Positions 18,049 to 26,987 of a stretch of DNA of 58,934 nucleotides are shown here, in pieces. A model generated the notes under the pieces. That model was not told where the DNA came from, searched no databases, and worked only from the letters and a program-made list of their open reading frames with translations. Source of the DNA: Polaromonas sp. Lineage in GTDB: Bacteria > Pseudomonadota > Gammaproteobacteria > Burkholderiales > Burkholderiaceae_C. The number at the start of each line of letters is the position of its first letter. Position 1 is the first letter of the stretch. The stretch lies in the NCBI GenBank assembly GCA_043772355.1, contig JAYVGI010000171.1, positions 1-58,934 on the forward strand, written 5' to 3'. Position numbers and translations under genes: made by a program.

Positions 18049-19191
18049 ATGTTGATTACCTGCGCACAACTCTACCCGCTTGAAGTGCCCATGTCCCGCC
18101 CCATCAAGATGGCGGGCGAGACCGTGACGCACGCCCACACTTTGCTGGTGCGCTTGACGGACGACCTGGGCCGCGAAGGCTGGGGCGAGGCCAGTGCCGC
18201 GCCGCTGATGACGGGCGAAACGCTGGGCAGCATTGCCGCGAGCACCGAGTATTTGTTGTCCAAGCTGGTGGGCATGGAAGTGGCAGAACCCTCGGCTATC
18301 GCGGCGATGCAAGAGCGTGTTTTGTATGGTAACGCCTCGGCCAAAGCCTGTCACGAGACCGCGCTGATGGATTTGTTTGCGCAGCACAGGGGTATTGCCT
18401 TGTACCAACTGTTGGCGGGAGATGCCGTGGTCAATAGCACGGCCAAACTGGAGATGCTGCACATGCTGGCCTCGGGCGATTTGGAAGGCGAGCTGGAAGA
18501 GGCCCGCACCCTGCGCCAAGACGGCTACCGCCAATGGAAAATCAAGGTCGGCACGGGCGATGCCATCAACGACGCGCGCCGAGTACGCGCGATCTGCGCC
18601 GAGTTGCAAGGCGATGTGGTGTCGGCCGATGCCAACCAAGGATTGTCTGTCGCCGATGCGGCCGCCATTGCCGCTGCGGGCGTGGCCAGTGGCCTGAGCT
18701 TTTTGGAGCAACCCTTTCGCACCGACATGATGGATGCCATGGTGGCCTTGCATAAGAGTACGGGCTTGGCTCTGTGCGCCGACGAGTCGATCCAGGACGT
18801 CAGCGATATTGCTGCGCACGGTGATGCCCAAGCCGCCCAGGGCGTGAGTCTCAAACTGATCAAACTGGGTGGCACGCAGGCCTTGCTGGCCGCAGGCAGG
18901 CTGTGCCTGGCGCGTGGCATGCGTGTCAACCTGGCTTGCAAGGTGGCCGAGACCACCATCTCGGCTGCGGCCACGGCGCATGCCGGTTTTGCACTGGGCG
19001 ATGTGGCTTGGGGCTTTAGCATGTCGAACCGCTATTTGGCACAAGACGTGTGCGCACAGCCGCTCGCACCCATTCACGGGGTGGTAACTGCCAGTCAAAT
19101 GAACCGCCCGGGACTGGGCTTTGCACCAGATGCGGCGCGCCTGCGCGAATTCGCCAGCCGCACGCGGCCCATGCGCGAGTTTCGCGTTTGA
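18049..19191 (+). CDS. Mandelate racemase/muconate lactonizing enzyme (enolase superfamily) protein
   Basis: 380 aa. Capping-domain N-terminus ...LYPLEVPMSRPIKMAGETV. KxK-like WKIKVG. Metal-ligand pattern DANQGL...LEQP...ADES. The minus ORF 18031..19218 is a shadow. Confidence 0.85.
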   Translation: MLITCAQLYPLEVPMSRPIKMAGETVTHAHTLLVRLTDDLGREGWGEASAAPLMTGETLGSIAASTEYLLSKLVGMEVAEPSAIAAMQERVLYGNASAKACHETALMDLFAQHRGIALYQLLAGDAVVNSTAKLEMLHMLASGDLEGELEEARTLRQDGYRQWKIKVGTGDAINDARRVRAICAELQGDVVSADANQGLSVADAAAIAAAGVASGLSFLEQPFRTDMMDAMVALHKSTGLALCADESIQDVSDIAAHGDAQAAQGVSLKLIKLGGTQALLAAGRLCLARGMRVNLACKVAETTISAAATAHAGFALGDVAWGFSMSNRYLAQDVCAQPLAPIHGVVTASQMNRPGLGFAPDAARLREFASRTRPMREFRV

Positions 19192-19267
19192 TGGGGCAAG
19201 CGGGTTAGTTCGAATCATTGCAGGGATTTATTTGAGTGACATTGAGGAGGGGGGCGGGGGCGGGGGC

Positions 19268-19494
19268 AGGACGCAGAGGACGCAAAAGTTACGCAAAGGA
19301 CGCAAAAGAAAGCCAAAAGAAAACCAAAAACAAATCAAAAGAAAGCAAAGAGAGAGAGAAATTCTTAAAAATTTTGCATTTGCATTTGCATTTGCATTTG
19401 CATTTGCATTTGCATTTGCATTTGCATTTGCATTTTTTGCATTTTTTTGCGTCCTTTGCGTATCTTTGCGTCCTCTGCGTCCGGTCAAGTCCGC
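19268..19494. repeat. MITE/REP-like element with 40-bp terminal inverted repeats (GGACGCAGAGGACGCAAAAGTTACGCAAAGGACGCAAAAG) enclosing a hexanucleotide microsatellite
   Basis: Left arm 19268-19308; right arm 19446-19494 (cttttgcgtcctttgcgtatctttgcgtcctctgcgtcc + ggtcaagtccgc). The same arms occur at 22346..22475, and the left arm alone at 30107..30146. Confidence 0.8.
19376..19435. repeat. (GCATTT)10 perfect hexanucleotide microsatellite
   Basis: Read directly from the sequence. It produces the artefactual FAFAFA / NANANA / HLHLHL ORFs in the track. Confidence 0.95.
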
Positions 19495-19510
19495 TTTCTC
19501 TCCCGTTTTG

Positions 19511-20422
19511 TTAGCCGTTCAAAACATTAAACGCCGCTTTCAGTCGCACCTCATACGCGGCGCGCTCTTTAGCTGGTAGGTCAGCAGGCCACTGCATAAA
19601 ACCTTCGCCCGCTTTCATACCCGTCTTGCCTGCTGCAATGATGCCGCCTAGGCACTCAGACAGCACATGGGTATTCGATAGGGAAGGGTAGATCTCCGCC
19701 GCCGCACGCGCCATGCTGTCCCAGCCGGAGATTTCTTTTTGCAGCACCGGGCCCGCAGCGGCGTAGCGAAAACCAAAGCTGTAGCGCACGGCGGTGTCTA
19801 CGTCTTGCGGAGTGGCGATGCCGCTGTCGATCAAGGCCATGGCTTCGCGCATGAGGGCGTGCTGGATGCGGTTGGCCAAAAAGCCGGGGATGTCTTTGCG
19901 CACCAGCACGGGCTTTTTGCCCGCACGGCGGTATAGCGCGCACACCGCTTCGCCCAGTTCGGGGTCAGAATCTTCGCCGAGCGCCACCTCCACAAGGGGC
20001 ACCAAGTGCGCGGGCATAAAGTAATGGGCGTTGAACATGCGGCTGCGTGTGGCCAAGCCTGCTGCAATGCGCGTGATGGGAAAGCCCGAGCTGTTGCTGC
20101 CAATCGGCACGCCTGCGGGTACGCGCGCGTCGAGCGATGTGAACAACTGGCGCTTGAGTTCAAAATCTTCGGCGACGGTCTCGATCACCCACACCACGCC
20201 TTGCCAGTCGTTCCAAGTGTCGATGAGGCCCACAGAGCCAGGAAGCTGCAGGCGCTCCATGTCGGAGTTCAAAGCAGCGGCTATTTTGTGGGCATCGGTC
20301 AAAGACTTGCTGGCTTTGTCCACACTGCGGCCCAAGAAAACCACATCCAATCCCGCGTTGATAAAACCCGCACCAATGCCAGCGGCCATCGTGCCGGTGC
20401 CAATCACCACTATTTTTGCCAT
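19511..20422 (-). CDS. 3-hydroxyacyl-CoA dehydrogenase family (NAD-binding) protein
   Basis: 303 aa. N-terminus MAKIVVIGTGTMAAGIGAGFINAGLDVVFLGRS (GxGxxG). Central motif ...SNSSG...NAHYFMPAHLVPLVEV. C-terminal 3HCDH dimerisation-like segment. Confidence 0.8.
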   Translation of the reverse strand: MAKIVVIGTGTMAAGIGAGFINAGLDVVFLGRSVDKASKSLTDAHKIAAALNSDMERLQLPGSVGLIDTWNDWQGVVWVIETVAEDFELKRQLFTSLDARVPAGVPIGSNSSGFPITRIAAGLATRSRMFNAHYFMPAHLVPLVEVALGEDSDPELGEAVCALYRRAGKKPVLVRKDIPGFLANRIQHALMREAMALIDSGIATPQDVDTAVRYSFGFRYAAAGPVLQKEISGWDSMARAAAEIYPSLSNTHVLSECLGGIIAAGKTGMKAGEGFMQWPADLPAKERAAYEVRLKAAFNVLNG

Positions 20423-20616
20423 ACACTTTCCTTGGATTGTCTAAGCTTGTTCGTACAAGATGTATTTGCTGATTCACCTTGTGGATTACCGGTTTTTATC
20501 TTACACTCAAAACGTTATGGCAACCATCCGTACCTCACGCTGGTGTGAGTGATCTATGTAGATGTCCGTACAAGTTTTCAGTTATTTTTTCATCAAATTT
20601 CAGGAGTGAGTGGTGT

Positions 20617-21543
20617 ATGTTTAATCCGTTTCAAAAACTAGAGCTGATCAAAGCCGAAGTGTTCATGTCCATGCCCGCCAAGTTTCGCAAGAAGCAGCGC
20701 TCGGCCTGGTCTGACCCTAACCGTCAGGGTGCTGAGGTGGAATGCTTTCTGGAAGGCCCCTCGTTTGACCGCGATGGCAACCTCTGGTTTGTGGATATTC
20801 CGTTTGGCCGCATCTTCCGCATCTCGCCCAAGGGCGAGTGGGAGCTGATCACCCAGTACGACGGTTGGCCCAATGGCCTGAAGTTCCATAAAGACGGCCG
20901 CGCTTTCATCACCTGCTACAAGCAAGGCTTGTTGTCGCTGGACACCAAGACCGGCAAGATCGAAAACGTACTGGGCTCGATGTACAGTGAGAGCTTTAAA
21001 GGCCTGAACGATTTGCACTTTGCCAGCAATGGTGATTTGTACTTTACTGACCAAGGTCAGACGGGTATTGTCGACCCGACCGGGCGCGTGTTCCGTCTGC
21101 GTGCAAGTGGCCAGCTTGACCGCCTCGCACTTAACGTGCCTAGCCCCAACGGCATCACGCTCAATACGCAAGAAAAGCATTGCTTTGTGGCAGTCACACG
21201 CTCGCAGCAAATCTGGCGCTTGCCGCTAATGGCTGATGGCTCGGTGTCCAAGACGGGTGTAGCTATCCAGTTGTCAGGCGGCGCTGCGGGGCCGGACGGT
21301 ATTGAGATGGATGCAGACAACGGCTTGTTGGTCTGCCACTTGGGTGTAGGTATTTGGCGTTTTGATAACAACATGCTGCCCACCCACTTGGTGTACTCCG
21401 AGAACAAGCACCACCACCATTTGGCCAACTTGTGCTTCGGCGGGTCGGACAATAAAACCATCTACATCACCGAGTCACTCTCAGGCGATATTTTGACGGC
21501 GCAGATGCCGGTGGCTGGCAAAAAGATGTATGGCCTCTCGTGA
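20617..21543 (+). CDS. SMP-30/gluconolactonase/LRE family protein
   Basis: ORF 20479..21543. The ATG at 20617 is preceded by caggag (20601-20606). Motifs EGPSFDRDGNLWFVDI, NGLKFHKDG, LYFTDQG, PNGITL, GPDGIEMD are typical of the six-bladed lactonase fold. Confidence 0.85.
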   Translation: MFNPFQKLELIKAEVFMSMPAKFRKKQRSAWSDPNRQGAEVECFLEGPSFDRDGNLWFVDIPFGRIFRISPKGEWELITQYDGWPNGLKFHKDGRAFITCYKQGLLSLDTKTGKIENVLGSMYSESFKGLNDLHFASNGDLYFTDQGQTGIVDPTGRVFRLRASGQLDRLALNVPSPNGITLNTQEKHCFVAVTRSQQIWRLPLMADGSVSKTGVAIQLSGGAAGPDGIEMDADNGLLVCHLGVGIWRFDNNMLPTHLVYSENKHHHHLANLCFGGSDNKTIYITESLSGDILTAQMPVAGKKMYGLS

Positions 21544-22300
21544 GGAAGCCCAGGTGGCCACGCAGCCTAGAACGCTGCATGGCCGCTTGACAGAAGAGCT
21601 CATCGGGCGCATTCGCTCGGGGGCTTGGCCTGTGGGCACCACCTTGCCCTCCGAAAAAGCGCTGTGCGATGAAACCAAAGTCAGCCGCCACACCTTGCGG
21701 CACACGCTGAAAACTTTGCAAGAACGTGGCTTGATCGAATGTCACCAAGGGGCAGCGTCCAAAGTCATCTCCTGCACCCAGCCGCGCGTCTACAGCCAAG
21801 ACTTCAACACCCTGCGCGACATCTTGCGCTATCCCGGCAACACCTACCGCGAGAACAAAATAGAGCGCTATGTGGAGTGCGATGCAGCGCTGCAAAGCAC
21901 GCTCAAAGCACCGTTGGGCTCATCGTGGTACCAGATCAGCGCAGTGCGGCGCGATGAGCAGTCCAAGCTGGCATTGGCTTGGACCGACATCTACATTTTG
22001 AACAAATTTGCCCGCGTGACCAAGCTGAAGAACCACGCCCGCGAAATGGTGTTTGAGCAGATCGAGCGCCACTTTGGCGTGGGCATGGACAGGGCCGAGA
22101 TTGAGGTGACTTCGTCCACCCTGTCGCGCGAGCATGCCAAGGCGCTGGATGCCACATCAGGCTCATCTTGCCTGGTGATAGTGCGCCGCTACTTTGACAG
22201 CCATGGTGACCCGTATGAGGTGACCATTACGAGACACCCTGAAAATCGCTTTACTTTTAATATGGAACTCAAGAGTATTTCCCGCAGTTCCGTGCATTAA
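21530..22300 (+). CDS. GntR family transcriptional regulator (HutC/UTRA type)
   Basis: 256 aa. wHTH LPSEKALCDETKVSRHTLRHTLKTLQERGLIE plus a UTRA-like C-terminal half. Overlaps the lactonase gene by 14 nt. Confidence 0.9.
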   Translation: MASREEAQVATQPRTLHGRLTEELIGRIRSGAWPVGTTLPSEKALCDETKVSRHTLRHTLKTLQERGLIECHQGAASKVISCTQPRVYSQDFNTLRDILRYPGNTYRENKIERYVECDAALQSTLKAPLGSSWYQISAVRRDEQSKLALAWTDIYILNKFARVTKLKNHAREMVFEQIERHFGVGMDRAEIEVTSSTLSREHAKALDATSGSSCLVIVRRYFDSHGDPYEVTITRHPENRFTFNMELKSISRSSVH

Positions 22301-22345
22301 CTTTGCGTTACATAATCAAAAATACAACGATGACAGGAATAAGTC

Positions 22346-22475
22346 AGGACGCAGAGGACGCAAAAGTTACGCAAAGGACGCAAAAGGAAACCAAAAAAGA
22401 TTTATTTTTTATTTTCTTTTGTCTTCTTTTGCGTCCTTTGCGTATCTTTGCGCCCTCTGCGTCCGGTCAAGTCCG
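22346..22475. repeat. MITE/REP-like element, second full copy of the GGACGCAGAGGACGCAAAAG family
   Basis: Left arm 22346-22386, right arm 22426-22475, A/T-rich loop of about 40 nt. Lies 22 nt upstream of the Bug gene start. Confidence 0.8.
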
Positions 22476-22496
22476 ATTTCGTCCTTAGGAATTAAT

Positions 22497-23483
22497 ATGC
22501 CATCTATTTCTCGCGTATCCCGCCGCCTGGCGCTCTCAGTAGCCACCGCTGCCCTGTGTGCTTTCACGGGTTTGTCCAGCGCCGCCGCCTACCCCGACAA
22601 GGCCGTCAAGATGGTTATCGGCTACGGCCCGGGCAGCTCTACCGACATCGTGGGCCGTATCATCGCCCAAGGCTTGGCAGATTTGTGGAAGCAGCCGGTG
22701 GTGGTAGATAACAAGGCGGGGGCTGCGGGTAATATTGCTGCGGACATGGTGGCTAAAAGCCCGGTAGACGGCTACACCATTTTGTTTGCGCAAAACGGCC
22801 TGGCGATCAGCGTGGCGGCCAATGACAAGCTGCCCTTCAACGGGCAAAAAGATTTGCTGCCCACGGTGGGCGTGGCTGCCACACCGCACATTTTGGTGGT
22901 GCACCCCAACTCACCTTACAAGAGTGTGGCCGAGCTGATAGCAGGCGCGAAAGAAAAGCCGGGCAAACTCAATTTTGCGTCATCGGGCATTGGCAACTCT
23001 GACCACATGGCCGGCGAGCTGTTCAAGGTGCTGGCGGGTGTGCAAGCTGTGCACATTCCGTACAAAAGTGGTTCCCTGGCTGCGACCGATGTGATTGGTG
23101 GGCAGATTGACTTTTACTTTGCGGGTATGCCCGTGGGTTTGCCGCAGTACAAGGGCGGTCGTTTGCGTGCCCTGGCCGTCACCAGCAGTGCTCGCTACCC
23201 GGGCGCGGTCGAGTTGTTCACCATGCAAGAGGCGGCCCTGAAAGACTATGAGATGACGTTGTGGCAGGGCGTGTTTTTGCCCGCTGGCACGCCTGCGGAC
23301 GTGACGGAATTTGTCGCCAACAGCGTACTCAAGCTGCTGGACGACCCCGCTATGCGCGAGCGCCTGACCAAGGCGGGCGCGCAGCTTGCACCGCTGACTT
23401 CGCCCAAATTTACCGAGATGTATTTGAAAGACATCGCCCGCTGGAAGCGCATTATTCCGGCGGCCGGTATCAAGCTGGACTGA
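22497..23483 (+). CDS. Bug family (TctC-like) substrate-binding protein
   Basis: ORF 22419..23483. The ATG at 22497 gives signal peptide MPSISRVSRRLALSVATAALCAFTGLSSAAA, followed by YPDKAVKMVIGYGPGSSTD. Confidence 0.9.
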   Translation: MPSISRVSRRLALSVATAALCAFTGLSSAAAYPDKAVKMVIGYGPGSSTDIVGRIIAQGLADLWKQPVVVDNKAGAAGNIAADMVAKSPVDGYTILFAQNGLAISVAANDKLPFNGQKDLLPTVGVAATPHILVVHPNSPYKSVAELIAGAKEKPGKLNFASSGIGNSDHMAGELFKVLAGVQAVHIPYKSGSLAATDVIGGQIDFYFAGMPVGLPQYKGGRLRALAVTSSARYPGAVELFTMQEAALKDYEMTLWQGVFLPAGTPADVTEFVANSVLKLLDDPAMRERLTKAGAQLAPLTSPKFTEMYLKDIARWKRIIPAAGIKLD

Positions 23484-23563
23484 AGCAAAGCGTTGTCCGT
23501 GAAGCCTGATGCATCCCAGACGTGAAGCGTGCCGACGATAAACCCATAACAGGAGACAAAACC

Positions 23564-24688
23564 ATGATTGATTCAACCCGTAGAAACCTGCTGCAGCGTG
23601 GCGCAGGCATCGTGACCGGCATTGCCCTCACAGGCTGCAACGCGCTCGATGGCGCGCGCGCCAAAGCGCCATCCGATCCCATCACGGCACCCGAGACGCG
23701 CTCCTCGCGTGGCCCGATGGTGATTGACGGCAGGCGCGTTAAAACCATTGACGTGCATTCGCATTGCTATGTGCAAGAGGCGCTGTCCTTGCTCACCGCT
23801 GCCGATGTCAAATCCATCATGCCGCCCGTCAAAGGCGTGCCCGAGCATTTCATTGTTGTCGAAGAGCGCCTGCGCGCCATGGATGCCATGCGTGTGGACA
23901 TGGAAATTCTCAGTATCAACCCCTTCTGGTACCGCCGCGAGCAGGCCATCACCGAGCGCATTGTGCGCATCCAAAACGAAAAACTCTCCGAGCTGTGCGC
24001 CGTCAATCCCCAGCGCCTGGGTGCCTTTGCCTGCCTACCGCTCCAGTTCCCCGAGCTGGCCGTGCGCGAACTGGAATACGCTATCACCAAGCTCGGCCTC
24101 AAGGGCGCGGCCATTGGCGGCAGTGTGGACGGCACAGACTTCTCCGATGCCCGCTTTCACCCCGTCTGGGCCAAGGCCGAGGAGCTGGGGGCTACGCTCT
24201 TCATCCACCCGCAAAGTACGCCCGAGCTGACCAAGCGCTTCAAAGGCAACGGCTGGCTGTCCAACACCATCGGCAACCCGCTGGACACCACCATCGCGCT
24301 GCAACATTTGATTTTTGAAGGCACGCTGGACAAGTTCCCCAAGCTCAAAATCGTCGCCGCCCATGGTGGTGGCTACTTCCCGTCCTATGCCCCACGCTCA
24401 GACCACAGCTGCTTCGTGTCGCCGCAAAACTGCGACCCGAGCATCGTGCTGAAGAAAAAGCCCACCGAATACCTCAACCAAATCTTCTTTGACGCCTTGG
24501 TTTTCACCCCCGAGGCTCTGCGCCATTTGGTAGCGCAAGTAGGTGCCAGCCAGGTAGTGATAGGCACTGACCACCCCATCCCGTGGGAGCAGCACCCGGT
24601 AGACCATATTTTGAATACGCCGAGTTTGACCAATGCAGAGCGGGCTGCGATTTTGGGTGACAACGCACGCAGGCTGTTGAATTTGTAG
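23564..24688 (+). CDS. Amidohydrolase_2 (ACMSD/LigW-like metal-dependent hydrolase/decarboxylase) with Tat signal and lipobox
   Basis: ORF 23522..24688. The ATG at 23564 follows aggaga. N-terminus MIDSTRRNLLQRGAGIVTGIALTGC has a twin-arginine motif plus an LTGC lipobox. Core motifs IDVHSH, ...FIHP..., AHGGG, GTDHP. Confidence 0.75.
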   Translation: MIDSTRRNLLQRGAGIVTGIALTGCNALDGARAKAPSDPITAPETRSSRGPMVIDGRRVKTIDVHSHCYVQEALSLLTAADVKSIMPPVKGVPEHFIVVEERLRAMDAMRVDMEILSINPFWYRREQAITERIVRIQNEKLSELCAVNPQRLGAFACLPLQFPELAVRELEYAITKLGLKGAAIGGSVDGTDFSDARFHPVWAKAEELGATLFIHPQSTPELTKRFKGNGWLSNTIGNPLDTTIALQHLIFEGTLDKFPKLKIVAAHGGGYFPSYAPRSDHSCFVSPQNCDPSIVLKKKPTEYLNQIFFDALVFTPEALRHLVAQVGASQVVIGTDHPIPWEQHPVDHILNTPSLTNAERAAILGDNARRLLNL

Positions 24689-24771
24689 GCGCTACGTGGC
24701 TTGCAGCCGGTTCCAAAAGCCCCAAAATGCACATCAAATATCTTTTTTGAGCGTTTTTAAGATGCTAATGA

Positions 24772-24818
24772 GGCTGTAGGCCAATAGAATATCTCGGGAG
24801 CAGCTATAAAAATAGTAG
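24772..24818 (-). repeat. ATAGCTGCT-type dispersed repeat copy
   Basis: The reverse complement is ctactatttttatagctgctcccgagatattctattggcctacagcc. Confidence 0.7.
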
Positions 24819-24838
24819 TGATCTCGCGTGGTTGAAGC

Positions 24839-25144
24839 CTATGTGCGTGCAGGCTTGGCTCCGGTGCGCCGCGCCTCACGCAGCATGTAGAGGTATAAGC
24901 CTTCTACTTTCTCACGCGCCCAAGGCGTTTTACGCAGAAATTTCAGGCTGGATGCGGTACTCGGGTCCTGTGTAAAACAGCGAACCGGTATGCGTTGGCC
25001 TAGCTCGTCCCAGCCATAGTGCTCAGCCAGCGCGTTGACAATGGCCTCCAGCGTCATGCCGTGCAGCGGATTGCGCGGTTGCGAGGGCGGCTCTGCAGGT
25101 GGGGGCGCAGGTGGCGTGGAGGGTTCTGGGGGGAGGGATTGCAT
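24839..25144 (-). CDS. VF530-like (DUF2132) small protein
   Basis: ORF 24839..25294, with the internal ATG at 25144 preferred because it avoids overlap with the LysR gene. The conserved block [63 protein letters not shown] matches my memory of DUF2132. Confidence 0.65.
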   Translation of the reverse strand: MQSLPPEPSTPPAPPPAEPPSQPRNPLHGMTLEAIVNALAEHYGWDELGQRIPVRCFTQDPSTASSLKFLRKTPWAREKVEGLYLYMLREARRTGAKPART

Positions 25145-25203
25145 AGCGTGATTTTGGCAGAAACCGTGGGCTGCACAAAGCCCATCGCAAACGCGGCGGG
25201 CTG

Positions 25204-26091
25204 TTAAAAGTACTGCTGGATCAACTCGCCAATCAGCTCTTGCATGGCGCGCTGGGTCAGGGTGGCGGGGCGTTGGGCGCTGGCGGCCAGGCACAGGCGG
25301 CTGCGCAGGCTGCTAATCGGGCGCATGCAGTAACGCTCTGGGTGCGCGCTGGTGCGCACCGCGTTGGCAGGCAAGATGGCCGAGCCTGCGTTGTCTGCCA
25401 CCAGGTCGAGGATGGCGGCCACGCCGTCGATCTCTAGCGCGATGCTGGGGCGTTTGCCCACCGCGCCCATCTCGGTTTCTACCAGCGTGCGCAGCGCGTT
25501 GGGGCGGGTGGCGATCACCAAGGGTACGGCAGCCAACTCTCGCAGGGTGATGGTCGTGCCCTCTTTGCTGCGGTGGGCCTCATTTTGCACCAGCACCATG
25601 TCTTCTTGCAGCAGTTCCGTCAACTCTAGTTCGGGGGCGGGCAGGGGGTTGTACAGGAGGGCGATGTCCAGGCGACCCATGACCAGAGCGTCGCTCATGG
25701 CGACCGAAAGGCCTTCGCTGATCGACAAAGTGGCCTCAGGCATGCGCTGCTTGAAGGCGCGAATCAGCGGCACGGTGAGCACCTTGGCCACGCTGGTGGG
25801 CATGCCTACGGCTACGCGGCCTGCCAGCCCACCACGCACCCGGCCCAGGTCTTCGCGCGCGCGCTCTACTTGGTGCAGTATGCCCCGGCCGTGCTCCAGC
25901 AGCATTTTTCCCGCCTCGGTAGGCGTAGCACCTCGGCCGTTACGCACCAGCAATGTTTGCCGCAGCTCAACTTCGAGCAGGCGCACTTGGCGCGACAAAG
26001 CCGGCTGCGCAATATTGAGCATGACCGAGGCGCGGGTAAAGCTGCCTAGCTCGGCTACGCGTACAAAATACTCGATTTGCTTGAGATCCAT
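25204..26091 (-). CDS. LysR family transcriptional regulator (divergent from the protocatechuate 4,5-cleavage genes)
   Basis: 295 aa. N-terminal [43 protein letters not shown] plus an LysR substrate-binding domain. Confidence 0.9.
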   Translation of the reverse strand: MDLKQIEYFVRVAELGSFTRASVMLNIAQPALSRQVRLLEVELRQTLLVRNGRGATPTEAGKMLLEHGRGILHQVERAREDLGRVRGGLAGRVAVGMPTSVAKVLTVPLIRAFKQRMPEATLSISEGLSVAMSDALVMGRLDIALLYNPLPAPELELTELLQEDMVLVQNEAHRSKEGTTITLRELAAVPLVIATRPNALRTLVETEMGAVGKRPSIALEIDGVAAILDLVADNAGSAILPANAVRTSAHPERYCMRPISSLRSRLCLAASAQRPATLTQRAMQELIGELIQQYF

Positions 26092-26222
26092 AACCTTAGT
26101 TTATTCACATAGCTGCTGTTTGGCTATAAGTATTTGTTCTAGCAGCTAGGGGGCTTTGGGTTTTGTCTACGCACTGTAGGGCAGACAATAGACCATGATG
26201 ATTTTGGCCTGTTGATCGACTT

Positions 26223-26930
26223 ATGCAAACCACCTCTTCGCCGCTGCGCGGCCTCTCGTCCATGGCTACCAAGGCCTTGCTGGCCAAGCTGTGTGCTGCG
26301 TATGCGCAGTGTTCGTCGCAAACCGTAGAGATTGAGTCCGCGGGTGGGGTAGACGCTGCCAAGCGCGTGCAAGCAGGCGAAGCGCTGGACGTGGTGCTGC
26401 TGGCCAGTGATGCCATAGAGCGCTTGATCGCCTCGGGGCATGTGCAGGCCGGCAGCCGGGTGGACTGGGTGCAATCGCCTGTTGCCGTGGCGGTGCCTGT
26501 TGGTTCCAACGCGCCTGACATCAGCTCGCCTGCCGCCCTTAAGCAAGCCTTGCTTGCTGCGCCCAGCATCAGCTATTCAACCGGGCCTAGTGGCAACTAT
26601 TTGGCTAAATTGTTTGAACAATGGGGCATTGCCGAGCTGATGAAAACCAAGCTCATCGTGCCGCCGCCGGGCCAGCCTGTAGGCAGTTTAGTGGCCAGCG
26701 GAAAGGCGGCGATGGGCTTTCAGCAGCTCAGCGAGATGCTGGGTGTGCCGGGCATTACCGTGGTGGGCAACTTGCCCGAAGGCGCGGCGTTTATCACCAC
26801 GTTTTCGGCGGGTATCCCTGTGGCCGTAGCGCCAGAGCGCGTCAAGCTGGTGCAGGCGTATCTAAACTTTTTGAGCGCGCCTGAAACGGCAGAGATGAAG
26901 CTGGCGCAGGGCATGACCCCGCTGGCTTAA
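26223..26930 (+). CDS. ModA-like (PBP2-fold) substrate-binding domain protein without an obvious signal peptide
   Basis: 235 aa. The pattern ...VEIESAGGVDAAKRVQAGEALDVVLLASDAIERL... resembles molybdate/tungstate-type binding proteins. Family call from memory. Confidence 0.55.
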   Translation: MQTTSSPLRGLSSMATKALLAKLCAAYAQCSSQTVEIESAGGVDAAKRVQAGEALDVVLLASDAIERLIASGHVQAGSRVDWVQSPVAVAVPVGSNAPDISSPAALKQALLAAPSISYSTGPSGNYLAKLFEQWGIAELMKTKLIVPPPGQPVGSLVASGKAAMGFQQLSEMLGVPGITVVGNLPEGAAFITTFSAGIPVAVAPERVKLVQAYLNFLSAPETAEMKLAQGMTPLA

Positions 26931-26987
26931 GTCCTCTCTTACTGCAACCTCCCCACCGTCTTAAACCATTCTCTTTACGCAAATTCT

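Noticed and set aside
18031-19218. Long antisense ORFs opposite well-supported genes: 18031..19218 (395 aa), 3144..3986, 33698..34576, 35767..36690, 53391..54566, 32582..33418, 36654..37322, 15236..15901.
   Set aside because: These are typical shadow ORFs of high-GC DNA. Their products are Arg/Ala/Gly/His-rich with no recognisable motifs, and each overlaps a gene with clear family signatures on the other strand.
19199-19222. tRNA-like T-arm string gggttagttcgaatcattgc just after the enolase-family gene.
   Set aside because: The flanks have no acceptor stem, D-arm or anticodon arm, so this is only a chance resemblance to GGTTCGAATCC. No tRNA, rRNA or tmRNA was found anywhere in the window.
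19376-19435. Possible CRISPR array, considered at the regularly spaced repeats here and at 50091-50230.
   Set aside because: The units are 6-13 nt tandem repeats without spacers. No repeats of 28-37 nt separated by unique spacers occur, and there are no cas genes.
19121-19579. ORFs 19121..19579, 19228..19488 and 19236..19514 with FAFAFA / NANANA / HLHLHL runs. Also 22303..22488 and the N-terminal extension of 22419..23483.
   Set aside because: They are translations of the (GCATTT)10 microsatellite and of the GGACGCAGAGGACGCAAAAG inverted-repeat arms. They are not genes.
26100-26149. LysR-type operator (ATAGC-N9-GCTAT and CTAGCAGCTAG palindromes) in the divergent LysR/lig promoter region.
   Set aside because: The dyad spacing does not fit the classical T-N11-A box. 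The sequence is also largely a degenerate copy of the ATAGCTGCT-type dispersed repeat, so I cannot separate an operator from the repeat by eye.
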